Positions 9,134-18,410 of a DNA stretch of 64,000 nt are shown in pieces. Within the stretch, counting starts at the first letter, position 1. Every line of letters begins with the position of its first letter. A program made the position numbers and the translations under genes. Below the pieces are notes generated by a model. That model was not told the origin of the DNA and ran no database searches. It saw only the letters and a program-made list of their open reading frames with translations. This stretch comes from Ignavibacteria bacterium (GTDB lineage Bacteria; Bacteroidota; Ignavibacteria; Ignavibacteriales; Melioribacteraceae): NCBI GenBank assembly GCA_037446915.1, contig JBBIHP010000003.1, positions 2,123 to 66,122 on the forward strand, in the 5' to 3' direction.

Positions 9134-12100
9134 TTATTTTGAAACTTCAGCCATTTCTTCAATATGAAGCATTTCTTTTTCTTCTTCACCTATGGCAACA
9201 TTGCTAACTGTTTTAGTCTTTTCTGAGAAATAGGAATAGATTGCCGGAATAACAAATAATGTTAGAACTGTAGAGAATATTAATCCGCCGATAACAGCAA
9301 TACCCATTGAAACACGGCTTTCTGAACCGGCACCTAATGCAAGTGCTATTGGTAATGTGCCCAATACAGTTGATAAACTTGTCATAAGAATAGGACGCAA
9401 TCTTAAACGTGCTGCTTCTTTAACTGCATCAACTACACTTAATCCCTGTGCTTTTTTCTGATTTGCAAATTCAACTATAAGTATTCCATTTTTAGTAACA
9501 AGACCTATCAACATTATTTGTCCGATCTGACTGAAAATGTTTAATGTCTGTCCGAAGTACCAGAGTGATAAAACTGCACCGGCAATAGCCAGAGGAACAG
9601 TAAACATTATAATGAAAGGATCGCGGAAACTTTCGAACTGTGCCGCCAATGTTAAGTAGATTAATACAAGCGCAAGTATGAATGTGAATAGTAAGCTTGA
9701 TGAGCTCTCAACAAAGTCTTTAGATGCACCTTCAAGTGCTGTTGAAAATTTATCATCAAGAACTTTCTTTGCAATCCGATCCATTGCTTCAATTCCGTTG
9801 CCAATAGTTTTACCGGGTGCAAGAGATGCAGATACCGTTGCGCTTGCATAACGGTTGAATCTGTATAATTGCGGCGGACTGCTTCTTTCTTTCATTGTGA
9901 TAAGATTATCGAGCTGAATTAATTCGCCACGGTTATTTCGAACATATAACGACGCGAGATCGAGCGGCTTGTTTCTATTCTCCCTGAATACCTGTCCGAT
10001 AACCGAATATTGTTTTCCGTTCATCACGTAAAATCCGAACCGCTGACCGCTGTAAGCAAGCTGCATGGTTTGAGCAATATCTAAAGCCGAAACACCAAGT
10101 TCACGTGCTTTTGTTCTGTTTATTTCAACAAGAATTTCAGGTTTGTTGAATTTAAGATTTATATCAACATTAGCAAACGTCGGATCGTCCTGAGCAGCTT
10201 CTAAAAATTTAGGAATAACCTGACGGAGCCGCTCAATATCTGGAGCTTGAATAACATATTGAACCGGTAACCCGCCTCTTCTTGTACTAATAGATTGACT
10301 TTGCACGACGAATGATCGAGCATCGTTATATCTGGCAGCTAACCGTGTAAGTTGATCTGCAATTTCCTGTTGCGAGCGTTTTCTTTGATCACGTTCTTTT
10401 AGAACAACTCTGACAAATCCACTATTGGAAGAACCTCCTCCTCCTCCTCCGGCAGTAACAGAAATTACTGCTTCCGATTCAGGAACCGCATCCTGAACTA
10501 CACGTGTCATGTTCATTATATAATTATCCATCATTTCATACGAAGTTCCTTCCGGCATTGTAGATTGAATTCTTACTTCACCTCTATCTTCAATCGGAGC
10601 AATTTCAGATTCCAGACTTGTACCAATAAAATAAATCATCAATCCGGATATTAACATAATAACAAACGCAAGCCATCTTTTTTGCATAAACGAATCGAGT
10701 GTGTTTTTATAACTCGTTTCCATCCACTTAAAGAATGGCTCTGTTTTATAGTAGAACCAGCTATGTTTTTCTTTCTGCTTTAGAATCCGGGAACTTAGCA
10801 TCGGCGTTAAAGTCAATGCAACAAAAGATGAAATTATAACCGAGCCGGCAATTACTACGCCGAATTCAACGAATAATCTTCCTGTTATTCCCTGTAAAAA
10901 CATTATTGGTAGAAATACAGATGCAAGAGCAATCGTTGTAGAAATAACCGCAAAGAAAATTTCGGATGTACCTTTAACACCGGCTTCTACGGGATGCATT
11001 CCGTTTTCAACTTTTTTGTAAATATTTTCGAGTACAACTATAGCGTCATCTACAACTATACCAATCGCAAGGACAATTCCGAGAAGTGTTAAAACGTTGA
11101 CTGTAAAGTTGGCAAGATACATTATAAAGAATGCACCAATTAGAGAAACCGGAATAGCTATTATAGGAATAATTGTTGTGCGCCAATCTCTTAGAAAAAA
11201 GAAGATAATTAATATTACAAGCGCGAAAGCAAGTAATATTGTTTCTTCAACTTCCTTAATTGAATTACGGATATATTTTGTAACATCAAACCCGATTGAG
11301 AGATTAATGTCTTCCGGTAGATCCTTTTTAATCTGGTCAACCCGTTTATAAAATTCATCGGCTATTTGAATATGATTGGCGCCCGGTTGTGGAATTACAA
11401 TTACACCCACCATGGGAATTCCATCACGCCTTAGAATTGATCTATCATTTTCAGGATATAATTCGGCATAACCAACATCTTTGAACCGGACAATAATTTT
11501 ATCCGATTCCTTAATTATAAGATTATTGAATTCTTCTACTGTTGTCAATCTTCCCAATGTTCTAACAGTAAGTTCTGTATTGCTTCCTTCAATTCTTCCA
11601 GATGGCAATTCAATATTTTCTCTTGCAAGAGCATTTCGGATATCGAGAGGGGTAACTTTATAAGCGCCGAGTTTTGCGGGGTTCATCCAGAGGCGCATCG
11701 AAAATCTTCTCTCTCCCCAGATACCAACCTGACTTACACCCGGAATAGTTTGTATTCTTTCCTTAAATGCATTCTGTGCAATATCAGAAAGTTCTAAAAG
11801 ATTTCTAGTATCACTCTTTACACTTAAGAATAAAATGGGGAATGCATCTGCATCTGCTTTAGATACAGTAGGCGGATCAACATCTGCTGGAAGACTTCTT
11901 TGAGCACGCGAAACTCTATCGCGCACATCATTTGCTGCAGCTTCAATATCCATTGTTACATCAAATTCAACAGAAATAGAACTTCGTCCGTCCCGGCTTA
12001 CAGATGTTAAAGATCTTATTCCGGCAATTCCGTTAATTTGTTCTTCTAATGGCTCTGTTATTTGAGATTCGATAACATCAGCATTAGCGCCAACGTAACT

Positions 12101-12247
12101 TGTAGAAACTGTTATAATAGGAGGATCGATACTCGGATATTCGCGAACACCAAGATATGTATAACCGATAATTCCAAATAAGACTATTGTAATAGACATC
12201 ACCGTTGCAAGAACGGGGCGACGAATACTAATTGATGATAAACTCAT
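9134..12247 (-). CDS. RND efflux transporter permease (AcrB/HAE1-like)
   Basis: 1037 aa. It has the typical RND N-terminus (SISIRRPVLATVMSI), 12-TM topology with two large periplasmic loops, and VVDDAIVVLENI. Confidence 0.9.
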   Translation of the reverse strand: MSLSSISIRRPVLATVMSITIVLFGIIGYTYLGVREYPSIDPPIITVSTSYVGANADVIESQITEPLEEQINGIAGIRSLTSVSRDGRSSISVEFDVTMDIEAAANDVRDRVSRAQRSLPADVDPPTVSKADADAFPILFLSVKSDTRNLLELSDIAQNAFKERIQTIPGVSQVGIWGERRFSMRLWMNPAKLGAYKVTPLDIRNALARENIELPSGRIEGSNTELTVRTLGRLTTVEEFNNLIIKESDKIIVRFKDVGYAELYPENDRSILRRDGIPMVGVIVIPQPGANHIQIADEFYKRVDQIKKDLPEDINLSIGFDVTKYIRNSIKEVEETILLAFALVILIIFFFLRDWRTTIIPIIAIPVSLIGAFFIMYLANFTVNVLTLLGIVLAIGIVVDDAIVVLENIYKKVENGMHPVEAGVKGTSEIFFAVISTTIALASVFLPIMFLQGITGRLFVEFGVVIAGSVIISSFVALTLTPMLSSRILKQKEKHSWFYYKTEPFFKWMETSYKNTLDSFMQKRWLAFVIMLISGLMIYFIGTSLESEIAPIEDRGEVRIQSTMPEGTSYEMMDNYIMNMTRVVQDAVPESEAVISVTAGGGGGGSSNSGFVRVVLKERDQRKRSQQEIADQLTRLAARYNDARSFVVQSQSISTRRGGLPVQYVIQAPDIERLRQVIPKFLEAAQDDPTFANVDINLKFNKPEILVEINRTKARELGVSALDIAQTMQLAYSGQRFGFYVMNGKQYSVIGQVFRENRNKPLDLASLYVRNNRGELIQLDNLITMKERSSPPQLYRFNRYASATVSASLAPGKTIGNGIEAMDRIAKKVLDDKFSTALEGASKDFVESSSSLLFTFILALVLIYLTLAAQFESFRDPFIIMFTVPLAIAGAVLSLWYFGQTLNIFSQIGQIMLIGLVTKNGILIVEFANQKKAQGLSVVDAVKEAARLRLRPILMTSLSTVLGTLPIALALGAGSESRVSMGIAVIGGLIFSTVLTLFVIPAIYSYFSEKTKTVSNVAIGEEEKEMLHIEEMAEVSK

Positions 12248-12300
12248 ATTGTTTCTTTTTCTTATTTAATAAATTTTGAAAACAATTTGTGTGCTAAAAA

Positions 12301-13371
12301 TTATTTTGCTGCATTAATTTTGACCGGCATGTTAGGTCTAAGCTGAATTATACCGGATACTATTAATGAATCCCCTTTTTCCAATCCCGATATAATTTGG
12401 ACATCTCTTTCAGTTCTTATTCCAGTAGAAACTTTTTGTAATACTGCTTTTCCTTTTTTATAAATGAAAACCTTTTCTCCCTCTATATCCGGCACTATTG
12501 CAAACGATGGGACTAAAAGAGCCGAACCAATATCTTCAAGAATAATCTCTACTTCAACGTAAGCGCCCGGGGTTAATTCATTCTGTTCATTTGCAACTGT
12601 TGCTCTTGCTTTAACTGTTCGTGTATTTTCCTCAATCTTCGGTTCAACAGCATAAATCCTTCCATAAAAAGTTTTGGCTGTATTCGGAAGTTTAATATTT
12701 ATAGTTTTCCCCTCTTTCAAAACACCAAAGTATTTTTGAGGAACAGAAAAATCTATTTTAATAGGATTGATACTCTGAAGCTTTGCAATATTATTCTGGG
12801 TGGAAATAAAACTTCCAACACTAACTGACCTCAAGCCAATTACTCCATCAAACGGAGCGCGGACTTCAGTTTTTTCAATTTGTGCACGTGTAAATTCAAC
12901 ATCGGCTAAAACAGAATTTAATTCGCTTAATGCAACATCATATTCCTGCTGACTTGTCATATTTTTTACGAGCAATTGCTTAAATCTTGCTTCCTTATCT
13001 CTTGCAAGAGTTTCCCTGGAAAGATTTTTCTTTAATGTTGCTTGAAGTTCGGAATCGTTAATTTTAACCAGGAGATCGCCTTTCTTAACACGTTTACCTT
13101 CTTCAAATAAAATTTCAATTATTTTTCCGGAGGTTTCGCTTCGTAATTCTACCTCTTCATTGCTTAGTGTGGTTCCATTTGTAAATATTTTGTTCTGAAG
13201 TTTTTGAGGTTCAAGGAGCGCAATATCGACCAATACCTGGCGTCTTGGTCCACCCTGACCGGGTGTATTAACAGTTTCATCACTTCCGGAAAAGTCAACT
13301 TTAAGTAGAATAAGAATGGCAACAATTGCAACTACGGAGATAATCGAAATAAGTCTCTTTTTGTTTTTCAT
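12301..13371 (-). CDS. RND efflux periplasmic adaptor (membrane fusion protein)
   Basis: 356 aa with a single N-terminal TM. It shows a lipoyl/hairpin/beta-barrel pattern (GDLLVKIND...RAPFDGVIG). It lies 53 nt upstream of the RND permease on the same strand. Confidence 0.85.
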   Translation of the reverse strand: MKNKKRLISIISVVAIVAILILLKVDFSGSDETVNTPGQGGPRRQVLVDIALLEPQKLQNKIFTNGTTLSNEEVELRSETSGKIIEILFEEGKRVKKGDLLVKINDSELQATLKKNLSRETLARDKEARFKQLLVKNMTSQQEYDVALSELNSVLADVEFTRAQIEKTEVRAPFDGVIGLRSVSVGSFISTQNNIAKLQSINPIKIDFSVPQKYFGVLKEGKTINIKLPNTAKTFYGRIYAVEPKIEENTRTVKARATVANEQNELTPGAYVEVEIILEDIGSALLVPSFAIVPDIEGEKVFIYKKGKAVLQKVSTGIRTERDVQIISGLEKGDSLIVSGIIQLRPNMPVKINAAK

Positions 13372-13566
13372 AATAAAGATTAGTCCAAATTATTTTTGTG
13401 AATTAGGGTTATTAAAATATGAATTCTCCCTTTTATTAAGTAACATAAAAAAACCAATGGGAGTGCATTTATTTTGAACGGGATATTTTTTTAAATATCG
13501 TTAGTTAGATGCAGAAATGCTTATCCGGGTTTAACTGGACTTTTAGAAAATGTGGAAAATGATAAT

Positions 13567-15276
13567 TTATTTTTCTGATTCTCTTCGAACTGAAGGCACA
13601 AAATCGGCCGGTCTTCCCTTTTTAGGAAGGCCAATAATTTCTCTGGCTCTATCAAGAGCATCATCAATGTTGCCAAAAACATTTTCTTCGCCAAATAGAT
13701 CGAGTAATCCGGCTTGTGTCATTGCATAAAGCGGTTGAGTATGAACGCCTGATAAAACAATAGTTGTTCCCTGTTTTTTAGAATCTTTATAAAACTCTTC
13801 AAGTGTATGCAGACCCGTTGCATCAATTGCCGGCACATTACGCATTCGTATTATTCTAACCTTTGGCGGTTCTTCAATAACATGCATTGCATCCTTAAAA
13901 GTTGATGCGGCGCCGAAGAAAAATGGTCCGTTCACTTCAAAAACTTCAACACTTTTTGGAACTTCTCTTCTATTAATTGAATTTGGATCATACGATTCCT
14001 CTTCATCAGCAAGTTCGCGAGTAATTACTCCAACATTTGTAACCATTGCCATTCTGCGCATGAAAAGTATTACTGCCAATATCATTCCGATTTGAATTGC
14101 AATTGTAAGGTCAAAAATTACTGTTAACAAAAATGTTGTAAGCAGAACCACAACATCGCTTCGGGGACTTTTTAATAAACTTTTAAATGAACGCCACTCG
14201 CTCATATTATATGCAACAATTACAAGAATTGCTGCCAGCGTTGCCATGGGAATAAGTTTTGCAAGTTTTCCAAAAAAGAGCATAATTAAAAGAAGTGTTA
14301 ATGAATGAGCTATTCCGGCAACGGGAGTTCTTCCGCCATTCTTAATATTAGTTGCGGTTCGTGCAATTGCACCGGTTGCTGGTATTCCACCGAATATTGG
14401 TGATGCAATATTTGCCAATCCCTGTGCAATTAATTCCATGTTGCTTCTGTGTTTACCTCCAATCATTCCATCTGCTACCACTGCGGATAATAAAGATTCT
14501 ATTGCAGCAAGAATTGCTATTGTTGTTGCCGGTGCAATTAGATTTTTAATAACAGCAAAATTAATTTGATAAAAGTGCGGTTCGGGAATATTCGAGGGAA
14601 TTTCACCAAACCGGCTTCCAATAGTTTCAACAGGTATGTGTAGTAAATGGACTAAAAGGGTCGATACAATTATCGCAATTAATGAGCCGGGAATTCTATG
14701 CGTTACTTTCGGCCAGAGGATCATAATTAGAAGCGAAAGTGCGGCTATACCGAAAGCGTAATAATTCAGAGTAGCTAAGCTCTCTCCATAGGCAATCCAT
14801 TTTTCATGAAATTCGGAAGGAACCGATTTCATTGTAAGTCCAAGTAGGTCTTTAATCTGTGTAGAAAAAATCAACAGTGCAATTCCGGATGTAAATCCAA
14901 CCACAACTGGATACGGAATAAATTTTATAATTGAACCGAAGCGTGCAAAACCCATTATAACAAGTATAATTCCGGCCATTATTGTTGCAACCATTAACCC
15001 GGTCATTCCATACTGTTGAATAATGCCGTACACAATTACAATGAATGCACCGGTAGGACCGCCAATCTGAACCCGGCTTCCGCCAAATGCAGAAATAATA
15101 AATCCAGCTATTATTGCAGTTATAATTCCTTTTTCGGGAGTAACACCACTTGCAATACCGAATGCAATTGCTAATGGAAGGGCAACAATACCAACTATCA
15201 CCCCGGCCGTTAAATCGGATGTGAATTGCTGCTTGTTGTAATCTTTTAAAGTGGTAAAGAGTTTTGGTTTCAGCAT
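13567..15276 (-). CDS. SulP-family anion transporter with C-terminal STAS domain
   Basis: 569 aa. It has a SulP core ([33 protein letters not shown]) and a C-terminal STAS-like alpha/beta domain. Confidence 0.9.
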   Translation of the reverse strand: MLKPKLFTTLKDYNKQQFTSDLTAGVIVGIVALPLAIAFGIASGVTPEKGIITAIIAGFIISAFGGSRVQIGGPTGAFIVIVYGIIQQYGMTGLMVATIMAGIILVIMGFARFGSIIKFIPYPVVVGFTSGIALLIFSTQIKDLLGLTMKSVPSEFHEKWIAYGESLATLNYYAFGIAALSLLIMILWPKVTHRIPGSLIAIIVSTLLVHLLHIPVETIGSRFGEIPSNIPEPHFYQINFAVIKNLIAPATTIAILAAIESLLSAVVADGMIGGKHRSNMELIAQGLANIASPIFGGIPATGAIARTATNIKNGGRTPVAGIAHSLTLLLIMLFFGKLAKLIPMATLAAILVIVAYNMSEWRSFKSLLKSPRSDVVVLLTTFLLTVIFDLTIAIQIGMILAVILFMRRMAMVTNVGVITRELADEEESYDPNSINRREVPKSVEVFEVNGPFFFGAASTFKDAMHVIEEPPKVRIIRMRNVPAIDATGLHTLEEFYKDSKKQGTTIVLSGVHTQPLYAMTQAGLLDLFGEENVFGNIDDALDRAREIIGLPKKGRPADFVPSVRRESEK

Positions 15277-15349
15277 CTTTTATAGACTTATTATTTCCGT
15301 CCCAAACTTAAATCTATTTATTAATAGATGTTGAATAAGAATTAAAAAA

Positions 15350-16432
15350 TTATAAACAATTATTCGACGTTTTAACCGTTCCTACTTCAACTTTTCCGAA
15401 ATATTTTTTCTGTATCCACAAGGCTACATTAACAAGACTTATTAGAACCGGTACTTCTACTAAAGGACCAATAACAGCAGCAAAGGCTTCACCGCTATTT
15501 ATTCCGAAAACTGCGATTGCAACTGCAATAGCTAACTCAAAATTATTGCTTGCTGCTGTGAATGAAAGCGTAGCTGACTTTGAGTAATCCGCACCGATCT
15601 TTCTCCCCATATAAAAAGAAACCAGAAACATTATTACAAAATAGAGAAGGAGAGGAATTGCAATCCTTACGACGTCAAGAGGAATCTTTACAATGTATTC
15701 CCCTTTAAGTGAGAACATCACAACAATTGTAAAAAGAAGTGCTATAAGCGTTACAGGAGAAATCTTCGGAATGAATTTCTTCTCGTACCATTCCTTGTTC
15801 TTCAACATCAGCATAGCAAAACGGGTTATCATTCCGGCAATGAAAGGAATACCAAGATAGATGAAAACCGATTCCGCTATTTGTCCGATTGTTATATCAA
15901 CTGCGAATGTTTGTAGTCCGAGCCATGAGGGAAAAACCATTAAAAAAACATAAGCATACACAGAGAAGAAGAGGACTTGAAAAATCGAATTGAAGGCAAC
16001 GAGTCCCGCAGCATATTCAGTATCACCTTTAGCAAGTTCATTCCATACAATAACCATTGCAATGCAGCGAGCGAGCCCGATCATTATTAATCCCGCCATG
16101 TACTCAGGATAATCGGGAAGAAAGACTATAGCAAGAACAAACATAAGAACCGGACCGACCACCCAGTTCTGAATAAGTGATAGCGAAAGTACCCTTACAT
16201 TTCTGAATACATCGCCGAGTTCTTCATATTTAACTTTGGCAAGCGGGGGATACATCATCAAAATTAATCCGATCGCAATCGGGATATTAGTTGTACCGCT
16301 CTGAAATGTATTCCAGAAATCGACTATTCCGGGATATAAGTAACCCGAGAAAACACCTATGAACATTGCAAGAAAAATCCATAATGTTAAATATCGATCA
16401 AGGAACGATAGCTTCTTAGTAAGTTTACTCAT
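15350..16432 (-). CDS. acr3: ACR3-family arsenite efflux permease
   Basis: 360 aa. It has the characteristic N-terminus [16 protein letters not shown] and a 10-TM BART-superfamily layout. It is the last gene of the ars operon. Confidence 0.9.
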   Translation of the reverse strand: MSKLTKKLSFLDRYLTLWIFLAMFIGVFSGYLYPGIVDFWNTFQSGTTNIPIAIGLILMMYPPLAKVKYEELGDVFRNVRVLSLSLIQNWVVGPVLMFVLAIVFLPDYPEYMAGLIMIGLARCIAMVIVWNELAKGDTEYAAGLVAFNSIFQVLFFSVYAYVFLMVFPSWLGLQTFAVDITIGQIAESVFIYLGIPFIAGMITRFAMLMLKNKEWYEKKFIPKISPVTLIALLFTIVVMFSLKGEYIVKIPLDVVRIAIPLLLYFVIMFLVSFYMGRKIGADYSKSATLSFTAASNNFELAIAVAIAVFGINSGEAFAAVIGPLVEVPVLISLVNVALWIQKKYFGKVEVGTVKTSNNCL

Positions 16433-16439
16433 TATCTCT

Positions 16440-16474
16440 GTGGTTCTCCGTGACTACTCAGTGGTTCTCTGTGA
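16440..16474. repeat. Two 14-bp direct repeats (GTGGTTCTCCGTGA / GTGGTTCTCTGTGA), 21-bp period, in the arsC-acr3 spacer
   Basis: Read directly. The copies match at 13 of 14 positions and fill most of the 48-nt intercistronic gap. Confidence 0.8.
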
Positions 16475-16480
16475 AATTTA

Positions 16481-16903
16481 TTAAGCAATATTGGTTTTAT
16501 AAAAGTCATAAAAATCATTTTTAATTTGATCTCTTATTTTTCTGAAAACAGTAAGTACTTCTTCTTCGTTGCCGGTGGCTTCTGCAGGATCTTCAAAACC
16601 AATGTGAAGCTGCTTACCGACCTTTCCAATGAAGATTGGACATGATTCTTTAGCATTGCCACATACAGTAATAACATAATCGAATGAATCATTTATGAAC
16701 TGATCGGAATGTTTTGGATAATTTCTACTTAGGTCAATTCCGACCTCCTTCATCACCTGAATCGCTTTTGGATGAACGTAGGATGACGGTTTTGTTCCGG
16801 CAGAATAAACTTCCAGTTCAGGGTTGAATGATTTTAGAAATCCCTCCGTCATCTGACTGCGACATGAATTTCCTGTGCACAGAATTAGTATTCTTTTCTT
16901 CAT
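16481..16903 (-). CDS. arsC: Arsenate reductase, LMW-PTP (thioredoxin-coupled) type
   Basis: 140 aa. It has the P-loop ILILCTGNSCRSQM and downstream Cys residues (VCGNAKESCP) typical of Trx-coupled ArsC. Confidence 0.85.
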   Translation of the reverse strand: MKKRILILCTGNSCRSQMTEGFLKSFNPELEVYSAGTKPSSYVHPKAIQVMKEVGIDLSRNYPKHSDQFINDSFDYVITVCGNAKESCPIFIGKVGKQLHIGFEDPAEATGNEEEVLTVFRKIRDQIKNDFYDFYKTNIA

Positions 16904-16923
16904 TTAATTCCACTTCGTTAATG

Positions 16924-17008
16924 GCACACAGATCAAACTGATTCAACAGATAAGAACTGATTTTTAAATATTTTTTTTAAATCAGTTTCATCTATTCTAT
17001 CTGTGTGC
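16924..17008 (-). other. Nested intercistronic stem-loop between arsM and arsC
   Basis: The outer 10-bp arms are GCACACAGAT (16924-16933) and ATCTGTGTGC (16999-17008). The inner 9-bp stem is AACTGATTT (16955-16963) paired with AAATCAGTT (16979-16987). The right outer arm touches the arsM stop codon. Confidence 0.6.
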
Positions 17009-17811
17009 TAAATATTTTTATAAGAAGTAACCGTAATACTGAAAATTCCTGTTTTGTTCTCTCTGAATGATCTTATTTCATCCTTTGATAGATACTGTTC
17101 CAGCACCTCATCCGGTAATTCAATTACTTTTGTTTTATTAATCACCGTATTTACAAATCCCGCATCCGCAATCAACTTAAGATATTCCTCCTGCTGGACA
17201 GCACCGGCGACACAACCGGCATACATCTCGGCAGATTTTTTCAGATTTGCCGGTAATTCTCCTTTAATCACTATGTCCGAAACGCAAAAATGTCCGCCTG
17301 GTTTAAGTATCCTGAAAATTTCTGTGAATGCTTTTTGTTTATCCGGCACAAGATTCAATACACAATTGCTTACAACTACATCAACAGTAGAACTTTCAAC
17401 CGGCATTTCTTCAATCTCGCCAAGCCTGAATTCAACATTTTTATAACCAATTTTTTGAGTGTTTCTATTAGCTTTTTCAATCATCTCTTCCGTAAAATCG
17501 AGACCGATTACTTTTCCTTTTTCACCGACTATTGCTCTTGCAACAAACACATCATTGCCGGCGCCGCTACCAAGATCTAAAACTGTATCGCCTTCTTTGA
17601 TCCCTGCATATTCCGTTGGCAGACCGCAGCCCAATCCTAAATCGGCTTCGGCTACATAACCATCAAGATTAGAATACTCATCGTTCATAATAGTATAGCC
17701 AACAATCTTATTTGAAGTGCCGCATCCACAGCCACAGCCGGATTGAGATTTTTTTGCAATTGCACCGTATTTCTCTTTTACAACTTCCTTTATTTCTTTT
17801 TCGTTTTGCAT
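17008..17811 (-). CDS. arsM: Arsenite S-adenosylmethionine methyltransferase
   Basis: 267 aa. It has an N-terminal Cys cluster (SGCGCGCGT), SAM motif I (VLDLGSGAGNDV), and conserved Cys residues in SNCVLNL and YAGCVAGA. Confidence 0.85.
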   Translation of the reverse strand: MQNEKEIKEVVKEKYGAIAKKSQSGCGCGCGTSNKIVGYTIMNDEYSNLDGYVAEADLGLGCGLPTEYAGIKEGDTVLDLGSGAGNDVFVARAIVGEKGKVIGLDFTEEMIEKANRNTQKIGYKNVEFRLGEIEEMPVESSTVDVVVSNCVLNLVPDKQKAFTEIFRILKPGGHFCVSDIVIKGELPANLKKSAEMYAGCVAGAVQQEEYLKLIADAGFVNTVINKTKVIELPDEVLEQYLSKDEIRSFRENKTGIFSITVTSYKNI

Positions 17812-18137
17812 GAGATTGCCCCCTTCTTTGTTAGATGTGAAAAAATTTTTTCCATTTCTGTTTTTGCTTTTATAAGGTTACCCGGATTAACACAGTAGCA
17901 TACTTTTGGACCGTCAATATCACCTTGAATGAGTCCAACACGTTTAAGTTCTTTAAGATGCTGCGATACTGTTGCCTGAGCAAGCGGCAGAAGATCAACA
18001 ATCTCTCCGCACATGCAGACGTTCATCTCGGTAAGTATTTTCATAATACGTAAACGCGCTGGGTGGGACAGCGCTTTTGCAACGTCAGATAGATAGATTT
18101 CGTCGGGCGTAAATTCTTCTGTTTTCGGTTTAGCCAT
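17790..18137 (-). CDS. arsR: ArsR/SmtB-family arsenic-responsive repressor
   Basis: 115 aa. It has a winged HTH (LSHPARLRIMKIL...VSQHLKELKRVGLI) and a CxC metalloid site (NVCMCGEI). Its 3' end overlaps the arsM start by 22 nt. Confidence 0.85.
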   Translation of the reverse strand: MAKPKTEEFTPDEIYLSDVAKALSHPARLRIMKILTEMNVCMCGEIVDLLPLAQATVSQHLKELKRVGLIQGDIDGPKVCYCVNPGNLIKAKTEMEKIFSHLTKKGAISCKTKKK

Positions 18138-18146
18138 AAATTTCTC

Positions 18147-18173
18147 TTATCGTTCATCGCAAATATACGATAA
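18147..18173. promoter_or_regulatory. 7-13-7 inverted repeat (TTATCGT...ACGATAA) just upstream of the arsR start
   Basis: Read directly. It lies about 10 nt 5' of the arsR ATG on the minus strand and is a candidate ArsR operator. Confidence 0.3.
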
Positions 18174-18320
18174 AACAAATTATCAAAACAAGTAACAAAT
18201 AATTTTTCCTTAGAATGATTATCCTGTATTTTCAAGAGGTCTTTCATTTGACAATCGCTGTTCATTGTTTTAGATTTATCAGCAAATTTGATTAATAAAG
18301 CGGAATATTATTTTAGATTT

Positions 18321-18358
18321 TTACTAACATCATTGTTAGTAACAACCTTGTTAGTAAC
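18321..18358. promoter_or_regulatory. Three copies of a 9-10 bp motif TGTTAGTAA(C): one inverted and two direct
   Basis: The copies are TTACTAACA (18321-18329), TGTTAGTAAC (18334-18343) and TGTTAGTAAC (18349-18358). They lie 53-90 nt upstream of the R-M gene ATG, in the divergent arsR / R-M intergenic region. Confidence 0.5.
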
Positions 18359-18410
18359 CATCGTTTTAGACATTCCAACTTTTATTCAAACAAAATATAT
18401 GTGATATAAC

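Noticed and set aside
9134-13371. RND pump and adaptor without an outer-membrane factor gene, as a possible anomaly
   Set aside because: Unlinked TolC-type genes are common, so this is not informative on its own.
17054-17659. Three plus-strand ORFs (130, 96 and 66 aa) inside arsM, and similar nested or antisense ORFs elsewhere (for example 2897..3190, 4663..4998, 11097..11351, 30920..31283, 60681..60941)
   Set aside because: All lie within longer ORFs that carry clear family motifs. They show no independent signals and are typical six-frame noise.
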